DNA of 63,048 bases, counting the filler, from Reclinomonas americana ATCC 50394 (taxonomy: Eukaryota): the NCBI GenBank assembly GCA_048213135.1. It is 13 parts of 13 records of this genome, joined end to end, with 100 filler letters (N's around TTAATTAATTAA, not from the genome) between each part and the next. Parts side by side here need not be neighbours in the genome. Positions count along the whole stretch, not along the records: positions 55,611 to 57,049 come from AFZH01022823.1; positions 57,150 to 59,668 come from AFZH01022824.1; positions 59,769 to 61,120 come from AFZH01022825.1; positions 61,221 to 63,048 come from AFZH01022827.1; 9 more parts are not named here. The stretch is one strand, 5' to 3'. The notes under the pieces are model-generated. The model ran no database searches and was not told the DNA's origin. It saw nothing but the letters and a program-made list of their open reading frames with translations. Positions 55,811-63,048 of the stretch are shown here, piece by piece. The position numbers and the translations under genes were made by a program. Position 1 is the stretch's first letter. Each line of letters begins with the position of its first letter.

Positions 55811-57049
55811 GTGGCTCCTGTGGTCCACGGCCCGACAGTGCCCACCACTGCCAGTGCAGCAGCTCCCGCGGTCACCACTGCCGCCACTGCTGCTGCTGCT
55901 GCTGGTGCCCCAACATCAACAATGTCTTCCGAGAGCAGCAACGACAGTCTTGGGCGCAAGACGCGCACATTGCTGGTGCGACGCATGGTGAGCTCACCGA
56001 AGCCGTCGCCGCCGAGCTCACCAGCACGCCGTGCCGTGAGTGCCGGTGCGATTGACGAGTTGGATGGTGAGTGTTATGTGTATTCGTGGGTGCGCACGGT
56101 TGAATGAGTCACTGAGTGGAGTGCTGCTTGCTTGCTTGCTTGCGCAGGTCCCGAGTCATATGTGGACGGTTTGTCTTTGCAGAATTGCTGCTGCTTTATT
56201 CTTCATCATCTTCTCTCTCTCTCTCTCGACCATTGTTCCCGTCTCAGCCATGCATTTCCTTTGCATTCCTCCATTCTCCTCACTCTTGTCAATATATTCC
56301 CCTCTTCGTTGCTCTCTCTGCTCTCTTCCTTTGTAATCTCCCGTTCTCCTTCACTCAGGTTATTTGTTGCTTCCCTCCTTGTCAATTATCCTCTCTTCAT
56401 TTCTGCTCTCTTTCCTTTCTGTCTCTTTTTTCTCCGTTCTCTCGTTGTTTTTTTGTTGCTTATCTTGTTCCCCTCTTTGTCCCGTCTCCTCCCTCTCTCT
56501 TCTCTCTTTGACAATTTTCCCCTTTCCCTTACCCCGTTCCCCTCTCTGTCTCTTTTCTCTCCCTCCCTCCCTTCTCCTTCGTCTCACTCTTCCCCCTTCT
56601 AGACATGGGCGTTACATTCACTGTCCGCGCCCCTGCCCGCACGGACGTTGGCGACGCGGACGACGAGGGCGAGGAGGAGGAGACTGGAGAGGCCGAAGAA
56701 GCAGACGATGCGTACGGCCAGTACCTGAACGAGCAAATCGACATGCATTTGTCGCTGTCTGGCGAAATCAAATTCCCGCCGGTTCCCGACGAGGACCCTG
56801 AGGGTGGCGAGAGGAAGCACTCCGAGTCCGACGACGAGGATGTGGTGTACGAGGAGTACTTGGTGGAGGTGGCTGATGATGGTGACGAAGACGACGTTGC
56901 AGGGGAGGAAGAGGGTGGTGAGGAGGAGGAGGACGAAGAAGAGGAAGAAGAGGACGACAGTGCCGGTGGGTACTACGACCGGCCACCTCCTGTGCGAGGC
57001 AATGGTGACGACGACGACGATGGGGAAGAAGAGGGCGATGATGACGAGG
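55811..57049 (+). CDS. Two exons of an unknown protein (Ala/Thr-rich, then very Asp/Glu-rich)
   Basis: Acceptors at 55810 and about 56602; the acidic exon is open to the contig end. Confidence 0.5.
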
Positions 57050-57149
57050 NNNNNNNNNNNNNNNNNNNNNNNNNNNNNNNNNNNNNNNNNNNNTTAATTA
57101 ATTAANNNNNNNNNNNNNNNNNNNNNNNNNNNNNNNNNNNNNNNNNNNN

Positions 57150-59545
57150 ACCCACTTCCCTCGCCCAAGTGTGCAACCCGACAACACCTCCACCAACAAG
57201 AGACCGAGGCACCACGAGTCCGCCGCCGCCGTGTACTCCGGATTAAAGTCGGCCACATGAGTTGGAATGCACAGTTCAGGCGGCTGCGTATGCGTGCGTG
57301 CAAAAAGCGAAGTGAGAAAGAATGCAACCGACACTCTCTCCACTTGCATCGTGCACACGAAGAACACAAGCAGCAGCATCTCACCTGATAGCCATACGTT
57401 CCTGCTGCTCCTGATGCGATGCCCCTCTTGCCCGCAACACGGGCATGGCCAAAGTCTCCCAGCACCGCCAGCCGTTTCTCCCGACTGTAGAAGACGTTGG
57501 CAAGCCGCACATCGCCGTGCACCACCCCGCTGCGGTGCACGATTGCAAGCGCTTGAGTAACGTCAGTCATAAATTGGCGCACTTCAACCTCGTCGAATGG
57601 ATCCGGCTTGTCGCTGCCGTAATAAGGCGTGGTGAATCCAAACCACTGTTGGTGCCGGCGATGCCAACCGTGCGCAAGGACGGTGGGCAGAAGCGAAATC
57701 TTGTCGCTCAACAAGTGTCGCAGCACCATGACCTCGCCTCGCGCTCTGTTCACCGTCTCCCGCTCGCCCGTCTTCACCCACTTGGTGACCATTTGCCGCT
57801 CTGCATGATGTGGACACGCAACACAGTGCCGTGAGCATCATGAGCGAGGCAACAGGAAAATAACAGACTGACATGGTTACGATGATTACCTCGGTCGACG
57901 ACCACGTGCACCGTAGATCGTGAGTACAGAACTTCCACACCACCGCGCTCGCCATTGTCGACGAGCTCATCGCCCGGCAGTGGCAATAGAGCGTCCTCGT
58001 TCATGAAGTCGCTGTCTTTCGGCTCCGAGCTCCCTTCCGCAGCTCCGGCGGCGGCGCCGCTGGCTCCTGCGGCACCACTTGCTCCGAAGAAGGTTGTCCT
58101 TGACACCTCAGCAGATGTTGAACTAATCAGATCCAACGTATCCTCCTCCACCACCACCACCATGCTGCCTTCAGCGTCAGAAGTCGAGTGAACCAATTTC
58201 GCTGTGGCGAGAACGGAGCGGAAGACTCGCAGCTGCGCACTGAGAAGCGACGCCACCGAGCCAACCCCTGTGCACAACCGCCACGAGTCAGCATGAACGA
58301 CAGGGTTATATCGACATTATCTTCAAAATAGGCAACCAACGAAACTGCAGCCATTACGATCATTGTCTTCAAAGTCCCAAATGCCGACGACGGTGACATT
58401 GATGCCGAGCACAATCACAGTGCCTGCGGAGGCCGGGTCATTCTTCCAACGCGGTGAGAAGCGCCAGAGCGACAGCCCGAGGGGCGTCAACAGCCAACTG
58501 AAAACCGTTGCATCCCGCATGCACGCACGCTCATTCGTGCGAAGCAACTCGACCAAGCAGCAACAGCTGTTGACGGCGTTCTTCGCGAAATCTTCATGGA
58601 ATGCAGTGGTGTTGAAAAGCCGCTGAAACGCGAAGAAATCTTTGTTGTATCTGTATATGTAGCAGCGCCGCGGTAAATCACACAAGGCGCCACGATTATT
58701 GATGTGAATTTCCGCAGCGACGACAAGCGCACACGCACCTGTCTGTAAACTTGGCATAGTCAGTCTGCAACTTGGCTTCGGCACTCACATAAACTGCATC
58801 GCGAATGTTGAAATCGTGAACCACCAAGTCGGCGCGAGGCGAGTTCGCACGTTCGCGAACTGCAAGCAAACGAGGCAGACGATGAACTAGTGAGTGGATC
58901 GTGTGCAAAGCGCTGCGACAACTCAAGATCAGATATGCGTACGTGCGTAATCCTGTTGTGCTCGGAAGTACTCTGGCGCCGCGACCCTGAATGGCTTGGA
59001 AAGGCAATCGCCCATGTCAGAGACCAACGTTGCCTCACAATAGTTTTCTATGGAATTCAAGCGACGTGAGTCAGTGTGCATGACGCGTCTGTCATACTAA
59101 CGCACCACAGTAGCCGGCTCGTGTCATGCCATTCGCATGAAAAGTTCGCAGAAGATCACTCAATCCGATTGTTGCACGCCGCAGAAAGGAGCGCGTCTCT
59201 GGATCGAGACCGGCATCCGAGAGGACCCGAAAAATCTCAGAATCCACATCAGCCCTACAGGTTCACGGGAAACGGTGGAACACGTTGAGAAGAAAGAAGG
59301 TTGGCGACTTGATACACAAAACAGCGCCCAGCGGGAAAACGAAACCGCAGCAACTCGGTGAGAACAGTCGGGTCGGCCAGTCGACCGAGTTGTCTGACCA
59401 GCTCGGTCTCCGCATCAGTGAGCTCCTCCGCCCACGGAAACTCTTCATTGTGTGCGAGCAATGTCGCTGCAACATCCAATCTCTGTTCCCGAATGCGGCG
59501 AATGGCGCAGAAGGTTGGCGCCTGGAACACATCTGCGAATTGTAG
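57150..59545 (-). CDS. Crinkler/RHS-like protein: putative REase-fold domain plus protein kinase; multi-exon, both ends truncated
   Basis: Kinase motifs VTKW, GEV, VHGDVRLANV, LGDFG, GTYGYQ|PPE and DSWCLG; upstream RADLVV...VSAEAK. Confidence 0.65.
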
Positions 59546-59582
59546 TCACCATGAGTAAAAGTGTGAGTGAAGAGAGCGACCA

Positions 59583-59620
<38 letters not shown>

Positions 59621-59768
59621 AGCGCGAGAAAGGAAACGAAGAAAAGAAGAGAGAGAGAGACAAATACANNNNNNNNNNNNNNNNNNNNNNNNNNNNNNNN
59701 NNNNNNNNNNNNTTAATTAATTAANNNNNNNNNNNNNNNNNNNNNNNNNNNNNNNNNNNNNNNNNNNN

Positions 59769-59780
59769 AGAGAGAGAGAG

Positions 59781-59824
<44 letters not shown>

Positions 59825-60702
59825 AAAGCGCGAGAAAGGAAACAGAAAAAGAGAGAGAGAGAGCAAAATCACAATTGACTCCAACACACACATGCGTATC
59901 GTGCTGCAAAACAACAGTGGCGCACCTCGCTGCAACTGCTCGCTGTACTCGACTGCAGTTGGGTCGCCGGCCTCTCCCACACGCCTGCGCCAACTCAAGT
60001 GGCGCTTATATAAGCGCCTCGCATCGCTTTCGTTCCTGGTCGTTGGCATCGCCGCTCTCAGTGTCTCGCGCACGGGAGGCGCGAGTGATGTTTCCTCAGT
60101 GACCGCAGTCAACATGGACCGCAAGGCTTCCTCACTCAGCTCATAATCGGTCGGCAGCCTGTTCGTGAGCCAGGAGACGCATCTGGAAAATGCTGGAAAT
60201 TGCAAACCAATGAGTGCAGATCAAGGGCATGAAAACATTCATCAACGGAACGCACTTTCGGTGTCCATCCACATAGGTTTTCTGGCGGTTACATGCATGA
60301 GGAGTCCACCTTCAACAACGATTCGAACGGCATTCGAGGCTGCGCGGAAGGGAGTCAGAAATGCGTGCGCCCAACTGCTGGAGTGAGCTGGTGTCCACAA
60401 CTGATACATACCTCTTTCTGCGATATCTTCTGACACGCCCGCTTCGGCGAGCTTCCTGCCAACGGCTGCGGCGAAGAGACTCGCTGCAGATGCGACCGCC
60501 AAGTGAGAATACACAATTCACACAATGCAACTGGCAAGCAGAATAGATGCGTACAAGACCTCTTTCAGTGGCAACAGTTTCGAGGTCCATCGCATCGACC
60601 GAAGGTGCTGCAGCTGTTGCTGCTGCTGATGCCGCTGCTGCTGTTGGCACTGAAACAGCGCTGGCAGAGGGAGCAGCGGCCGATCGCGCTATGTCTGTGA
60701 TG
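59769..60702 (-). CDS. Exons of an unknown protein with an Ala-rich N-terminal region, truncated
   Basis: Exon-like blocks such as AAPSVDAMDLETVATER and LSEEALRSMLTAVTEE. Confidence 0.4.
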
Positions 60703-62043
60703 GCGGCGGTCAAGATCAGTAATCACAGTACACAGGTCGATGTGAGGGAAACGAGCAAAGAAAGGGATGGAGTGAGAAAGCAAAGGGGGAGAAGAAGTGG
60801 GAAGAGAACATAGCGCGCGCGAGAGAGAGAGAGAGTGCGCACGTCAGCAAGAAAGAGAGAAAAGAAATGCAGCCAATGCGTTTGCAAGAGAGGGAGAGAG
60901 AGACGGAGCAAGAGAAACAAGAGAAAGCAAAAGTGCTGAGTAAGAGAGAGAAAAACAATGTGACCAAAGTGTGAGCAAAAGTAGCAAAGTGCGAGAGAGG
61001 AAAGCACAGTGTGACAAAAGTGTAAGGAGAGAGAGAGAGAGAGAGAAAGAGAGAGGCAGAAAGAGGGAGAGAGACAGAGCATGAAAGAGAGAACAAAGTG
61101 CTGAGGAAGAAAGATAACAGNNNNNNNNNNNNNNNNNNNNNNNNNNNNNNNNNNNNNNNNNNNNTTAATTAATTAANNNNNNNNNNNNNNNNNNNNNNNN
61201 NNNNNNNNNNNNNNNNNNNNAAGGCGAAAGAATGCCAAAAGGGAGGGAGCGGGAGGGGGGATAGGTTTGAGAAGAGAGCAGTGGCGCGTGCATTCACACA
61301 TGAGCGAGAGAGAGAGTGTGTGTGTGTGGAAAAACTGACACAGTTGTATACAGATGATTGTTTCGTGCGTGTGGCACGCAGTGTGCTGGAGTAGTCACAT
61401 GCAGGGAGAGAGGGAGCGATCAAGAGCGCGAATGCGAGTCCCCCCGGTCGATACTTGTCCCGCGCGTTAGCGTCGACCGCCTTCCACGCTGGCAGAGTGC
61501 ACGTCGCCGTCTTACCTGCAATGTGCGTGTACATGCATGTAAGCATGCGGCGTTAGGAAGGGGAAGACGAAGTGGAAGTGTTTCGGGCCAATGTGATATC
61601 TGGGTTTAGGTTCGGAAGGAGATGAAAGAACTGGAAGAGGAAGAACGGGAAGAAGGGAAAGAGGAGGAAGGGAGGGCAAGGGAAGTGGTTGAGGGGAGGG
61701 AGGAAGTAAGAGGGAAGGGAGAGAAAGAGAGAAGGGGATGGGAGCAGGAACCGGGAGGAGTCGATGGGGATGTGGGAACTGGAAGAATGGGGGGAAAAGA
61801 AGGGAGGGCAAGGGGAGTGGTTGAGGGGAGGGAGGGAGGCAAAGCACGAAGAAGAGTTTATGAAGAATACGACGGAATCGGTTTTCGTACAAAAAAGTAA
61901 TCACGCGAACTTGGTCTTCACTTCACGCCTCACGACAGCATGAGAGAGAGTCGGGTACGACTCTCTGCACACTGCACACAAAAGCGGTGGCAAAAACATG
62001 GGCCCGCTCGTGTCGGCGTCCGAATGGTTGCCGCGCTCAGGAT

Positions 62044-62607
62044 TTTACACGTCGTACTGCATCGTGATCGACTGGACTCTGTGCTCGTGCGCAAGTAGAG
62101 AGCAGAGTGAGCAGCAGCAGCACGTGAGCATGCAAGAAGAGGCTCACACAGCGCAACTGTCCGTCGCCAGTCAGCACAATGTGGTCATCAATGTTGCAGC
62201 CATGGATGAACACTACAAGGAGAGAGAAGTCAGTCGCCTCGCTCACGTGCACACTGCTTACAAGAAGAGCAACTCACCCTCGCCCTACAATGAGTGCCAT
62301 CGCCAGAGAGCAAGCAGCACAGAGTGAGCACAACAATGAAAGTTTTGTGAAGTCCCATATTATCAATGTACCTCAGAGCTGCACACGCAAACAAGTCAGC
62401 ACACGCAGACAGTGTGAAAGTAAGAGGAGGAGCAGTGACGCAACGGGACAATGGTGGCGCCGCCAGAAGGGCCTAGAGAGAAGAGAGAAGAGTGTGAGTG
62501 CGAGAAGATCATACAAAGAGTGAGAGAAGAATGAATGAGGGCGCACCAGACAGGTTGACCGGGGTGCCCGAGGCCGGGTTGAAGCTCATGCTCTGGTAGT
62601 CTGCCAT
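62044..62607 (-). CDS. Small multi-exon gene of unknown function
   Basis: MADYQSMSFNPASGTPVNLS first exon with an AAAGATGG context, followed by short GT-AG introns. The end is uncertain. Confidence 0.35.
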
Positions 62608-63048
62608 CTTTGATTTTGCTGTGCGTGTGCGAGAAGACAGTGAGAGAAGGCGTGTGAGAAGAAACGAGAACCGCGATGCCATGGCCCAAAACACCACAGA
62701 GACACACAGAAAGGGAGAGAGACATAGCACGCAGAGCAGCGGGGGTGTGAAGGAGAGAAGGTGAGTGGGAGACGAGGAGAGAAGAGGGGGGGAATGGCGG
62801 AAGAAGTGTGTCATGACGCGCACACACACACACGCACAGAGAGAGACGCAGAGAGAGAGAGGAGGGGAGGGGGGTGGGAGGGGGAGAGGAGGTGCGAGGC
62901 ACGAAGAGAGACAGACAGACTGCGAGAAGTGGGGGTGCTCACCTGCTCTCGAGTAAGTTTCAGTGAGTGTGCGTGTATTGCGAGTAATTTCGCGCGGCAG
63001 GTACTTTTTCACCGTACCGGGGTACGGGGTACGGTCGACCAAGAAAAA

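Overview
The window is not one continuous locus. It is 13 contigs joined by artificial 100-bp spacers (N44-TTAATTAATTAA-N44). Twelve contigs are gene-dense nuclear DNA of an intron-rich unicellular eukaryote, which I cannot identify. They encode a degenerate kinesin, a UEV-domain protein, formimidoylglutamase, UDP-glucuronate decarboxylase, an OCRL/INPP5B 5-phosphatase, a pyrophosphatase, a TPR protein, histidine ammonia-lyase, kinases, a PTS2 acyl-CoA oxidase, a MYORG-like GH31, a TRAF-ZnF/TLDc protein and a Crinkler-like REase+kinase protein. The contig at 38075-49792 is different: intronless, GC-rich and tightly packed, and it looks like a partial Polinton/Polinton-like virus. It encodes a shrunken protein-primed PolB with an apparently intact OTU-like protease domain, no recognisable exonuclease and altered catalytic motifs. 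It also carries a stand-alone SF3 helicase, a Polinton-type rve integrase, a phage-style tail-fibre protein, a phage-like small domain, and accessory genes separated by a duplicated 57-bp intergenic module. No capsid gene, packaging ATPase or terminal inverted repeats are visible. Notable host signals are a tRNA-Arg(CCG) with an archaeal-style bulge-helix-bulge intron in the D-loop, a recurrent GTTGCG splice donor seen only after non-G exon ends, and a His-codon run at the N-terminus of the histidine-degrading enzyme. All calls come from reading motifs by eye. Boundaries of spliced genes are approximate and no database searches were run.
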